The translations under genes and the position numbers were made by a program. Shown here piece after piece: positions 1 through 13,000 of a DNA stretch of 64,000 nt (position 1 is the stretch's first letter; each line of letters opens with the position of its first letter). The DNA is from Callorhinchus milii (lineage: Eukaryota): assembly GCF_018977255.1 (NCBI RefSeq), contig NW_024704743.1, positions 95,048,001 through 95,112,000 of the forward strand. Direction: 5' to 3'. The notes under the pieces were generated by a model. That model worked only from the letters and a program-made list of their open reading frames with translations, searched no databases and was not told the DNA's origin.

Positions 1-433
1 AACTGGCTACTTCCAACATTTTCTGGCTTTATTTCAGCTTTGTAGCATTCACAAATTTCTCTTTTAATCTCCACTAATTTTTAATTTTTTTTACTGCAAT
101 TGCGTGATTGTTTCAAAGTTAACATACATATAAAAACACACATTCTGTACAGTATTTTCTTTACCTTCACTGTTAATATTGAGATCAATTTAAAACTAGG
201 AAAATGATATTGAGTTGCTATCGAACCTATTAACAATACGGTTCAGGCTTACTGTGTCTTCATCATCTGTATTAGTGGATCTGTTGACCTATAACATTTT
301 GATAAGTTTTAGGAAATGAATGGGGATTGCTGACGCAATAGTGAATATTTTTCTGTTTAAAATTCCCTGCATACCTTAGACTGTAGCAATTTGGTGCTGG
401 AAATGGGGTTTAATTTATATCCTTTTTTAACAG

Positions 434-512
434 GAAAACATAGCACAAATCTTGTCAGCCGATATGATCCTAGATTTAACAGTTGGATACAACTCCCTCC
501 TATGCAAGAAAG
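434..512 (+). CDS. KLHL14: Kelch-like protein 14, internal coding exon (GKHSTNLVSRYDPRFNSWIQLPPMQER)
   Basis: cag| acceptor at 431-433, |gtaatg donor at 513; manual translation is a kelch-repeat segment matching recalled KLHL14; phase joins the next exon. Upstream exons lie outside the window. Confidence 0.93.
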
Positions 513-960
513 GTAATGCATTTCTAATATTTCCTGAATATTAATTAAAAGTTTACACAGAAAACTGTGGTGAAGTGTTACAGGGGAAATAACAACAACA
601 ATAAATCGCCTTTATACAGTGCTTTTCACGTCGGGAAGACTTACCAATGGACGTCGCTGTAAAGTCTAGGGGGGAGTCATTTTATTTAAAGTACCCTCAC
701 TGAATATGGAATAAGATGCATTGTTATAGCACAGTAATTTCTGTATGAAGAGGATTCTTTATTTTAACACAGTGTGTCAGACCACCTCCTCTCACGCTGG
801 CCCATTCCATTTAATATAATAATAAGCATTGCATTTGATATAGTGCCTTATTACGGCTCAGCTGTCAATCAATCATGATTTGACTCCTCCCATTCCCTCC
901 CTGGTTCTTTCCCGTTCCTTCGCCCTCTCACTGATTGACAGCCCAACTCCTGCGGCTATG

Positions 961-1275
961 AATAATAAATAGTAATAATTCTTGCATTTGATATAGCACC
1001 TTCGAGCCTATCACATCTTCGAGACATCTCAAAGCGCTTCACGGAATATTCTGTAAAAAGAATTGACTGTGTAATTTGTGGGCGAAACGCAGCAGTGAAT
1101 TGCAACCAGCAGTGTCCCACAAACAGCTGTGGACTGAGTTACCAATTTATTATTATTACTTTTTCTTGAAGAAATTATTACCCACCGAAGAGTGATCCAC
1201 CAATCGACTAACAACAAGGTTCCTAGTTACTGATAGATAAACAGAGGCACGTTGAGTAAGGAAACTTGCCCAACG
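961..1275 (-). mobile_element. tRNA-derived SINE, long variant, head missing
   Basis: Matches body and tail of the full copies at 9333 and 27734. Confidence 0.8.
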
Positions 1276-4200
1276 TTTACCTAGACTACGAGGCAGATCC
1301 AGAAAGGCTTCATTGTGTTTAGTCAGTGGGGAGCAGCGTGCATTTTTGACTGGTCTGAGAGACAATCCAGAGCCAGGCAGCCACAAGAAAGTTTAATACT
1401 GATGTGATATGCACTCAACTCGTCAATTGTCATTAAGCTCAGTGGAGTCACCTGAGCTTCTGCCGGTTACACACAGCACTGTGCAGCCCAGTGCAATAAT
1501 AGACTGGTCCCAGGTCCTGGTGTTACATGAAAATCTCCCAACTTTACAGAAACTTGCTTATAATGTGGTCATGGAGATACTGTACCTAGATTACCACATT
1601 AGAGTGGGGGGTTCCCTGTAATACTGCAGAAGAGTTGGTGCTGCTAAAAGAACAATAAACTCAACAGCACCACACAGAGGACAACCAAAGAATAGAAAGT
1701 ACAGTAATAGAAGACGGACCTGATTTTAAAAAATAATAATAATCCTTGCATTTGACATAGCGTCTTTAATGTTGGGAGTTATGTCTCAAAGTGCTTAGCA
1801 GGATTTCCTGTATGTTTTATAGGTGGTACACTTGAGTAATGAAGATATGAAAGACGATGGGGAAAGAGTAGGAAAATTAGATTACAACAGACAGGTCCAG
1901 AAAGGAGCTAGCAAGGCACAGATGCAATGGGGCAAATTAATCTCATTCATTGCTGACATTTCCAATAACCACAACCAAATCATCATTAGGTATCTGCCTG
2001 ACTCAGCGGATAGCATCCTCACTCTAAATCAGAAGGTTGTGGATTAAAATTTCATGTTAGGACTTTGAATTCCTCGAGGACTTTGAACTTAAACCATGTC
2101 ATGGTTTACGTATTCATGTCAACTATAAAGACCCTACAGCACTTCTCAAAAAGAAAAGATTTCTCCTGGTGTTTGGCCGACAATCCCCCAGATAAAATTC
2201 ATTATTCACTTGATAGATGGAACCACGTTGTGTGCAATTTGGCTATACAGTCAGTGCACCCAACAGGAAGTGCTTTGAGACATCCTCTCAAAGTGAAAGG
2301 TTCTACATCAAATACAAGGATTATTATTGTATTTATTATAAAACCTTCTCCTTCATATGTATCTGAGAGCATTCTTTAGAAATAAATGAAGTTTAGTAAA
2401 CAGCTGAAATATAATAATCATCCTTGCATTTATATAAGGGAGGATGTCTCAAAGTATTTCACAGGTTGTACTGTGAAGTGCAATAACTGTGTTTGTAAGA
2501 GAAAATGTCAGCCAATTTGAAGATGAGATTGAAGATTTTAAAATGAAGATGCAAATGTACAAAGTGACTAAATAACAACAGGCCGGTCTATTGAAAGGTT
2601 TCACTTTTTCTTCTTCCTCAATCCACTGGCCCTGTGTCAGATCCTTAAATTATATACATGCGTTTATTATCATTGCTGAAATAAAATAAACTTCACATAG
2701 TTCTGAGCCTATACACCCTGTGAAAAAACCCTGATCATTGAACAGCAGAATTACATCAATAAATTTCACCAATTACCTCTATCTCATATCTAATGGAATG
2801 CAAACACATGGCTTAGAACAGAAATCATACTCTTTATTTCTGCTGGTGAACTTAAAGTAATTATAAGGTCTAATAAGTGCCAAGTGAAACCTGCAACCAC
2901 AGCTGTAACATCGATAATTCAGGCAATTCAGAAGATGTTGATCATCAGGTCAATGATTAATGGAAAAGGCTTGTTCACTTTTCACAGTAATGGTGACATT
3001 ATCTGCTTACATTTATGTTACAGATCCATTGTTAATGTGCTTTACAATAGTATTTGCAGTAACTTCCCTGGCACCTCATTCAGGCCGGAGCAGATGGTGG
3101 CAACCTTGGTGTTTTCAAACCAAAATCCAGTCCATTACCAAGACCGGCTTCTTCCGCCTCTTCAACATTGCCCACCAACACCCTTAACTCACCTCCCCTT
3201 CCCCTCACTGAAATCCATATGTATTCTTTCACCAGCTCAAACAATTTTCCATTGCTCTTCTTGCTGAGCTGCTAAGCTCTACTCTCTATCATTCAAGGTC
3301 CTCTCCAAGCTCCATTGACTTCTAGTATCTCAGAGGATTGAGTTTAAGATCCTTGCCATGGTCCATGCTCTCACCACACAATCCATCCATATAATCCATC
3401 CTGTATCTTCAACTCTCCTGATTACAGTATCTTGCTTGCTTCCTGCTCCCTTTGCTTCACCATTGGCAACTGAACCTTTAGCCGTTTTGTCCACTGGATC
3501 TATCTTTCCAAAAACTTCTTTGCTAGGCAACCTTACTCCCTGACTTCAAAAATCTACTAAACAAAACACATCTCTTCCCTCTTGTCCTCAGTTAACCCCT
3601 TTCAATATCTTATTTGTCTACTTATTTTCCTGAAGCTAGTGCATCATTAAAGGTAGCTGGAAAAACGATCATGCATTTTTATAGTTCATTACCATATCTA
3701 AACATTTCAAAGTGCTTTACAGCAATTATTCTCGAGTGTTTTTTGTAGGGAACTCCAGCAGCCATTTTGTGTGCAGCAAAGTCCAAGAAACCGCCACGAG
3801 GTGAATGACCTCTCAAATCACAAGGTTGGTTTAGATGAAGAAAGTTCTTCAGCCCATCTGATCTCATCCTTCCAGAATACCCACCCTACTATGACCCTCA
3901 CCCTCAACGTTACAGCATCGAGTTGCTTTTAAATGAGTCCTGTGACCTGGCCTCTACCACCTTTCCAGGCAGCATGTTCCAGTCGTTGATTACTCTTTGA
4001 GTAAGGAAAAACTTCCTGGTTTCTTTCCTTAAATTGCCCTTTACAACTCTAAACCTATTTCTACTGTCTTGTTGCACCCTGAAGTATTGCGCCTTGGGAC
4101 GTGAAAGGCGCTATTCAAATGTAATCTTGTTGTTACTGGTGATCTGGGCTTACTTTTTCAATCCCATTTAAAATGTTATACAACTCTATGAGGTCCCTTT

Positions 4201-5027
4201 TGAGTTGTATTCTCTCAAGACAGGAGAGCTTGTCTAATCATTACTCATATCATAGCACATTCTTCTAACAGTGGGGATCATCCTCGTTGTTCTCCTGTGT
4301 ACTGCCTCTAGAGCCTGGGCAGCCCCCTTAAAGTATTGGTGACCAGAACTGCATGAGAATTTGTTTATTACTGCCTCACATTGGTTTGATGTGGTGAGCA
4401 ATATGTTAACTAACATCCTTAGATCTCTTACTAACACCCCTTGATCTTTTACGAACATCCCGAGTTATTTGGAGGATCGTTGGCTAGGATACCGGGAGAG
4501 CCCCCATTTCTTAATACTGTCATGGAATCTTTAATGTCTGCCTGACAGAAGCCAGACTGGACCTTGGTTTAACATCTTACCAATGATAATCAAGTGCTTT
4601 ATCAGGGCTTCATTGGAGCTACTTAGCAAAGGTCACAATTTAAGAAGATTTGATTTGGGGGTTTGTATCTGAGTAGTGTCTCTGAGTACCCAGTCTTTGT
4701 AAACCATTCTGATGCCACTGTTACCAGTTGTAACAACACCTGTCTTGCCAAGCTGGTTCCTTGACTTCTCCATCAGTCGCAAGCCTGCAGCTGAATGTTG
4801 CTTTGACTGAGAGACTGGTGCTTGGAGAAAAATGGAATTCTCCTGAAATGAAAGGGATTATAATTGAGAGATTTTTGTTTGATAATTATGCAAGTTGAAT
4901 GACCAAATTTGAGTTTGCCTGCACAGAAATTACACCAGCAATAAAAACATGAGTGTACAGTACTTATTATGTAATAGCTTTGCTTCTTGTGAACTGTTTA
5001 ACAATCTGACTTTCATTTTGGCTTTAG

Positions 5028-5218
5028 GCGAGCAAGTTTCTATGCCTGTCTGCTGGATAAGCACTTGTATGTGATTGGTGGAAGGAATGAAAGTGGCTAC
5101 TTGTCAAGTGTTGAATGCTATAATCTGGAAACCAATGATTGGTGCTATGTCTCTTCCCTGCCTCAGCCTCTGGCAGCTCATGCTGGAGCATCACACAATG
5201 GAAAGATTTACATATCAG
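5028..5218 (+). CDS. KLHL14: KLHL14 coding exon (RASFYACLLDKHLYVIGGRNESGYLSSVECYNLETNDWCYVSSLPQPLAAHAGASHNGKIYISG)
   Basis: tttag| acceptor, |gtacgt donor; kelch GG/Y/W motif; overlaps ORF 5065..5295; phase-compatible with its neighbours. Confidence 0.96.
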
Positions 5219-6099
5219 GTACGTTTAATACTTCTGCTTTTAAATACAATAAATTGGATATTACTGCAGATGTTAATGAATTATGGCAATGTTGAGATGG
5301 CGCTCACATTAATTTCTTCAGCTGGAAAATAACAATAATAATCCTTGCATTTGCTATAGTGTCTTATCATGTCTTCGAGACTTCTCAAAGGGCTTTACAG
5401 AATATACTGTAAAGTGATTTGACTATATATTCTGTGGGTGAAACGGTGTACAACTCTCCATTCTCTCTGTTCACTTTTTCTCTTTGTCTCTACTGTACTC
5501 TTTGCATTCTCTCTCTTTTCTCTTTCTCTTTGCAATTCATTCCAAACACTGGGAAATTTCCATGTGTCAGTACCACATATATGTGGAACTCTCAGACTAG
5601 CATCGTAATAGGTCTCTGTTACCTATTGCTATGTGATAGAGAACTGTCTGACAAAATAAATCTGTTTATTTTTGTTTATTAATTATTAGCTCTTTGGAAT
5701 CTTCCTGCACTAGCTCTACAATATCTCTGCAATAGTTATACATTCTATATAATATATATATAATATATATACATTATACATTATATTTGCACTAGTTTTG
5801 CACCATATCCTCACTAGCTCTGCCTATTTGGGCGAGGTCCTAGTCAGCGACCAATGCCTGTGGAACCACAGTAGATGACTTGAGGAGTGCATAAGCCTTC
5901 AGAGAACGAGAAAAGGAGAGAAAGGGAAAACTGGACTAATGATGGCTCAGCTCTCCAAGATGACATAACTGAGATCTGCAATTTATTACACGAGAAAATT
6001 ACAAGCATACAGGCAATGTGCTAACATACTGCAACTTAGAACTGTAGAGACCAAACCAATTAATGCATGGGTGTATGCTCATATTGTGGGCATATAGAT

Positions 6100-6320
6100 C
6101 TTTGGAATCAATCTGGGGTCCGCAGATCAGAAGTGGCCTGGGGGCGCGGGCGTCAAGAAGTAGCTCCTGAAAATTTGCACGAGTGTAGGTAAGTACGTGT
6201 TCGGTCGATAGTGTGTTTTCAGTTGGTTACTTGATTGAATAGTTCTTGATTTAGGGCATAAATCAAGAAATATTCAATCAAATTTTTTGGGGTGTCATCC
6301 ATAAAGATTGGTTACCACTG
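6100..6320. mobile_element. Related hAT MITE remnant with an internal 23-bp-arm hairpin
   Basis: Shares cataaatcaagaaatattcaatcaa and taggtaagt.cgtgttc blocks with 59933-60137; right end ttggttaccactg. Confidence 0.55.
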
Positions 6321-6426
6321 GCATACACTTTACATCTTGTATATCTGACAAAAGTGGGGTGGAAATGTCATCACACAAGATAACACACAGTACCATGATA
6401 ATAGATGCAAATGTTGTCATTTGCAG

Positions 6427-6585
6427 GAGGTGTTCATAATGGGGAGTATGTACCATGGCTCTACTGCTATGACCCAATAATGGATGTATGGGCCAGAAAA
6501 CAAGACATGAACACCAAGCGAGCAATCCATGTTCTGGCTGTGGTGAATGATCGTCTGTATGCCATTGGGGGAAACCATTTAAAAG
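6427..6585 (+). CDS. KLHL14: KLHL14 coding exon (GVHNGEYVPWLYCYDPIMDVWARKQDMNTKRAIHVLAVVNDRLYAIGGNHLKG)
   Basis: ttgcag| acceptor, |gtatgt donor; 159 nt, phase 1-1; ORF 6405..6605. Confidence 0.96.
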
Positions 6586-8257
6586 GTATGTCTTACTGGA
6601 TCTAGAGAAGGTTTCGTGTCTGGGACCAGCCACCACTTGAGATGTCCAAGTGAAGATTGTCTGAAATCTGGAAATAATATGAATTTTGTATTGTCCAACA
6701 CTCTGCAGTTTCCTGACTTTACCGGCTGGAAAGTTTGCAAATCTCACAACCTGAAAATTGCAATTAACGCAAGATCTGGTTTGCAGATAGCACATTTCAA
6801 ACACCACTGTTTCTCTCTGGACTGTAACACGTATGTGAATGCCTGAGTGGTCTAGCACAGTTTGAGCTGTTCCTCTTCAATCCAGCGTGCCAAATAGACC
6901 ATTACACTACTTTGGGGATAAATTCTAAACAGCCTTCTAGAAATAGGTACTGAAAGCAGGATTCTTACAGTGCCTGTCAATGATTCATCCAGCCAGGAAG
7001 GCATGAAAATCAATGCAGATGAAATCATCATTAGTGTTAAAATGCGCAAACAAAATGGGTGGGTGGGTAAGCAATGGGGGAGGTGGCGGGAGGGGAGCAT
7101 ATTAAAAAAAAGGGACTATGAGAGATCGACAAAAGCAGGCATTGCCTGAAGCAATGTTTGCTCTGCACAGTGCTGCTCACTACAGTGGGAACTATACATT
7201 GAGCCCAGTGTTAAACATTGTGATTCAAACCTTAGCCTCAACATGTCTCACAAGGGAGTAGTAATCTATTAATATTTACATGGATGTGATAAGATCAAAT
7301 TGTACATTACTTAAGGCTAGTGGGAGTGCTTTTGGTGAATTGTACTCCCCTGAATGTGTTTTTTTTTAGATGGTAAAATGCAGCTATCCCAGCTGCTACC
7401 AATTTGATTCAATAATTTATTTCCCCTCCTATGAAAATATTTCTGCTCATAACTTGTATTTAGAGCGTTGTACATTCTGTGAGGGGAGTGCTGTGAGCAG
7501 TCCAGAATGACTGTTCCTTTACATGTGAAAGTGCTTCAGAATAAATTGGAGACCAGTCCAGAGATTCATGAGCTTGGAAAATGTAGCTTAAATGATTTTT
7601 CTCACAGACCAATCTGTTCAATTAAATGCCTCTCACCTGAATGGCCCTACTTTAGTATGACTATTTGCAGGCAATTTGATATTGACCTCGATCCTCCTCT
7701 TTAGTCAGAGGGTAATTAATAACTGGAACAGGTTGCGAGAGTGTGTGTAAAAAGTACCTTGATGCTGTGACAGGAAGATAGTTGGGTGAGTATTCTACAG
7801 GGATGAGATCGGATGGACTCAAAAGCCTTCTTCATCCATATCGATCTTGTGATCTTGCGAACATCCACACGTGCACTTTCCAGCAGAGGTCCCTGAAAGT
7901 GATTAGGTGCAGGTATCTTAGGAGATTTTCCCATTTCCTAGCTCAGGTCACTGAGGTCCCTACTGCCCCTGCTGCTGGGGTCAGCTACCTCAGTGCACAA
8001 GGGAAAGTGATCATCTCCTACCATATAGGGGAAAACTCTCAGCTATTTTCATATTGAAAGTACTGCTCTAGTCATTGGTTCCCTGTTAAATGTGAATGTA
8101 TGCTCAAAAAGGAATTAGTTCTCTTCATGTATCAATCTAATGCATTTTGTGTTTCTTTTGTACTTCAATGGATGTGAAATAAGTAATGTGGGAGTAATTG
8201 TACTGGTCACAGTTGGAAACTCATTGGTATGACTCAACAATGCTTTCTTTGGTCTAG

Positions 8258-8415
8258 GTTTCTCACACCTCGATGTTATGCTAGTTGAATGTTATGACAC
8301 TAAAGGCGACCAATGGAACATTCTTCAGACTCCTATCCTGGAGGGTCGTAGTGGTCCAGGCTGCACAGTATTGGATGACAACATTTACATTGTTGGGGGC
8401 TACAGCTGGAGTATG
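8258..8415 (+). CDS. KLHL14: KLHL14 coding exon (FSHLDVMLVECYDTKGDQWNILQTPILEGRSGPGCTVLDDNIYIVGGYSWSM)
   Basis: tctag| acceptor, |gtgagg donor; ORF 8278..8502; kelch repeat. Confidence 0.96.
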
Positions 8416-9332
8416 GTGAGGATGTGTTTCATTCCTGTCTGCTTTTTTTTTAACTCAATTGTTTGTGCATTTTTTGTGCATTCCTACCATGCATTTCTTT
8501 AAGAGCTGTTGTGTCCACATGCAACAGTGCTACACTGGACCATGGTACAGAACAAAACATGAACAAATCATCTCCAGGATCCCTATTCATCAAATATTTT
8601 AATTCGAACACTAGCTTTAAGTGGTGACAGGAACATAGATAGGGCTGTGCGGGCCTGAGAAAGACTAGTCTGGTCAATGTGGATGGTTCCAAATGACAAA
8701 AATAATACACTACTTTATCTCTCAACTCCCTGCAATAGATATCTTCACTAAATAGCTATCCAAATCCCTCTCGAATTCACTGACCCATCTACTTCAATTA
8801 ATTTCCTGGGTAGGTCATTTCACCTTTTATTTTATCTCTCTCTGTGCAAAATATCTCATTCTAATCTTCCTTTTTGTGCTTGAGTCACATCAATCGCTGA
8901 GATTCCAAGTTGAATGTTTAGTTCATCCTTAGATTGTAATATTCTTAATATACAAACTCCACCCAATTCATTAATCATTACAGACTGACAATTTGTAAAT
9001 TGGCTTAGTCTTAAAATTTAAATGATATTAAATTTTTGGGGAAAATTCTTCAATTCAGTCTTCATTTGGAAACTGTTTTTTCTGCCAGACTTTTTTTCCC
9101 CACGAAATGCAGTCTGCCTCGATCGTCGAGTCACTACTCCTGCAGCAAACAGATGAGGAGTTTGTTGATGGTTCAAATCCTGAATTGAGAGGATAAACTG
9201 GTTCTGGTCTTCACAGGGTTAGAGAGCGGAAAACCTGATAAGGTTTCTGCTCCTGGTCTCTATACAGCACCCTTTACTGGTTACGCATGTATAGCAACCA
9301 GTTGTGGAGACATCAGCCTCAGCTGTGATAAG

Positions 9333-9709
9333 AATAATAATCCTTAGATTTGATATAGCGCCTTATCACATCTTCGACATATATCAAAGCGCTTCACATA
9401 ATATACTGTAAAGTGAATTGATTGTATATTGTGGGCGAAATGTGGCAGCCAATTGGGTACAGCAGTGACCCACAAACAGTTGTGGATTGAGTGACCAAAT
9501 TATTATTATTGTTTAATTTTTTTCGGAGGGATTATTATCCCGGGAAAGCGATCCGCCAATCGACTAATCAGTGGGTTCCTTACTTACTGCTAGGTAAACA
9601 GAGGCTTGTGGAGTATGGAAAATTGACCAATGTTTCACCCTGCTGGGAATCGAACCCAGGTCTTCTCGCTTACGAGGCGAGTGCTCTAACCAATGAGCTA
9701 CAGGACTCC
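9333..9709 (-). mobile_element. Full-length tRNA-derived SINE, long variant
   Basis: Reverse complement begins ggagtcctgtagctca (A box), has a gttcgattc B box, central domain, L2-like tail and (TTA)n end. Confidence 0.9.
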
Positions 9710-11560
9710 ACGTACCCCCTACAATCAAGTGGCTTGCTAACACTCACAGCCAATACTTATACATAATCCTTGAAATTGATTTCACACCTTATCATATCAC
9801 TGAGACTTTTCACGCAAAGTGATATGACTGTGTAATTTGTGGGTAAACACGTCAGTCAATTTGCACACAGCAATGTCTCATGAACAGCCACAGAAAGGAA
9901 TGACCAATTTTATTTGAGAGATTGGTGGCCAGAGCACCGGGAGAAACTCCTCCTCTTTTTGAATAGTGCCAAGCGATCTTTAATGATCACATGGGACAGG
10001 CAGACAGAGCCTCAATTTAACGTCTCATCCAAAGGACGGCATCACCGACAATATAGCATATCCCCAGCTTTGCATTGTCAGCATAGGCTATATGAGTTCC
10101 AAGTCCTGACTTGGGATTTGAACCCACAACCTTCCTGACTCGGAATGAGTGCTACCAACTGAGCCAGGCTGACACCCTGCCCTGGAGTGTCTGCCTGCCT
10201 TCTAATTGAATTTTTCTCCCCTGTTCCCGAGCATTTTTGCATTATCACCACAGAATATATACACAATAAAGATTTTCAGTAGGTTTGAATTCATGAGTTA
10301 TTATAGAAAAGAACTAGGTACACTGATAAAAAATCATTCACTGTCATCACTTAGATGAAACAAAACCTTATAAATTTTAATAAATGCCACAGCAGTACGA
10401 ATTGAAATATACCAAATAATATAATGAGATTTATAGTCCTTTTACATCCAAAACATTGAGTGTCAACTTCTTGTCAGAAATGCATGAGTACATTTTCGGA
10501 AAGCTACAAGATCTGAACCAATTAAGCAGAGAGATAAATGTGATGCCAGTGCACACTGGAATGGAAACCCGCAAACTGTGTATTACAAGGTCAACAAATA
10601 TGGTAAAGGATTTGATGATGATTATTGACCATTTACTGACTGTTTCCAGTCAATGCAAAGCTGATACTAAACCTATACTCTGAGTGTTCTCAACTTGTAC
10701 TTATATTGTGTCTGTTGGTAGGATGAATGCTTTGAAGCACTTAACAGATATGATAGGGGCCACTGAGCAGGAAGAAAGAAAGGAGGATTGGGATTTCGGC
10801 AATAAGGACATCAAGATATGTATTTAAGAGAGTTTCGAAGGTGTGAGAGACGGGAAGGAAGGAATGCAAACAGATTATGGAGAGGACAGAGGGTTTGACC
10901 ACCAATGGCAGAAATGAGGAACAATCAGTAGATCAGAGACTCGATGAGAAATGTGTTTCCTGCAATTCTGAAAAAGACTCAATTCCAAACTAAACCTGCA
11001 TTTAATCTGATATGCTGTACACTGTCTAGTACCTTGCGACGTCCTGACGACGTGAAAGGCGCTATACAAATGGGATCTTGCTGTTAATCATTTTCTAAGA
11101 TTCTGCACAATCTTAAATTTTAAGTTAATGCATTTAAGTCTAAAACCATAAAATATTCAGGCCTCTGAATTAGAAGAATAGATTATACGTCTGTCAAAAC
11201 ATGTTATTCCAATGTTCAAATGTAGTTCACAACTGTAGCCACATTAGGAATAATACTGTATTATTCTGGAAACTAGCTTTAGACATTAAGAAGAGAAACT
11301 CTCAGAACTGAAGTTATTTCTTTGGGAAAAAAAGACTGAAAAGAGACGTGATCCAGATTTTTAAACCCTGAGTGAAATGGATTATTTAGAAACAAGAACA
11401 TTTTCAATTTAGCTACTGAAAACATCCATGAACAAAAGGCAAAATGAACAAACCTTGGATAAGAACCAGCAGAAGAAGACTCCATTTAACACCTCATCCG
11501 AAAGACAGCACCTCCAACAATGCAGCACACTCCCAGCACTGCATAGATGTTTTATCTTAG

Positions 11561-13000
11561 ACTCCTAAAACCAGCCGTCATCACTCCCATCCTGAACAAA
11601 TCTTCCATGGATCCATCCCTCCACTCCAGCTACCGCCCCAACTCTAACCTCCCATTCCTCTCCAAGGTCCTGGAACGAGTCGTCGTGTCCCAGCTCCGCT
11701 CCTTTCTCTCTCGCCATTTCATCTTTGAACCCCTCCAATCCGGCTTCCGCGCTGCCCACAGAACGGAAACAGCCCTGGTCAAAGTCACTAATGACATTCT
11801 GAACATCTGTGATCAGGGCTCCCTCTGCCTCCTTGTCCTCCTTGATCTCTCTGCGCCTTCGACACTGTTGACCACTCCATCCTCATACGCCACCTCTCCG
11901 CTTTACTCAATTTTCGCGGATCTGCCCTTGCCTGGTTCGAATCCTATCCCTCTCACCATCTCCACTTCGTTGCCTCGAACGGTTTCTCCTCCAGTCCCCG
12001 CACTGTCACATCTGGCATCCCCCAGGGCTCTGTCCTTGGCCCTCTCCTCTTTAATATCTACATGCTCCCCCTTGGTGACATCATCCGCAGACATGGGGTC
12101 AACTTCCACATGTATGCGGATGACACCCAACTCTCTTTCTGCCTCCACCCTCAACTCCAGGACCACTGCTGTCCTGACAGACTGCCTGTGGGCAAATTTC
12201 CTACAGTTGAATGTGATCAAGACCTCCATGGTTGCACACTACAACTCACCAAGCCAGTCACGAACCTAGGTGTCTTGTTCGACTCTCAACTGTCTTTTCT
12301 CCCCCACATTCAAGCCATGACCCCCTCCGCCTTCCCTTATCTCCGTAACATCGCCCGACTCCGCCACTACCTCACCCCTCAGGCCGCTGAAACTCCTGTT
12401 CATGCCTTCATCACCTCCAGGCTCGACTATGCAAACCCCCTGCTTGTTGGCCTTCCCAATTCCTCCCTCCACAGGCTGCAGATAATCCAGAACTCTGCAG
12501 CCCGTGTCCTCTCCCGCACCAAACTCTGTGACCCCATCTCCCCCACTCTTGTCCGACTCCACTGGCTCCCTATCCTTCAGAGGATCCAGTTCAAGATCCT
12601 GGTCCTCACATACAAAACCCTCCATGGCCTCGCCCCACTTTGCCTGCGACTTCCTAACCCTCTACCAACCCGCCCGTTCCCTCCACTCAGCCGGCTCTGG
12701 CCTGCTCCACGTCCCCCGACCCACCCGCCCGCCCCACCATTGGCGGGAGAGCCTTCAGCTACTCTGCCCCCAACCTCTGGAATTCCATCCCCCAGTCACT
12801 CCGTCTCGCCCCCTCCTTAGCCTCCTTCAAGTCCCGCCAAGACCCTCCTCTTCGACCATGAAATTGGCCACCCCCCATCCCCTCCCTTCCCTTACCCCCC
12901 CAACCCCAGCTCGGGTCTGAAATGCTGTACTCTGTCCAGCACCTTGGGACGTCCTCCCGACGTGAAAGGCGCTATACAAATGTAATCTTGTTCTTGTTGT
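11561..13000 (+). mobile_element. L2-clade LINE, 5'-truncated and frameshifted RT region with intact 3' tail
   Basis: Peptides YRPNSNLPFLSKVLE, QSGFRAAH, YADDTQL, SRLDYAN, LHWLP; tail gggacgtcctcccgacgtgaaaggcgctatacaaatg followed by TTG-type repeats. Confidence 0.93.
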
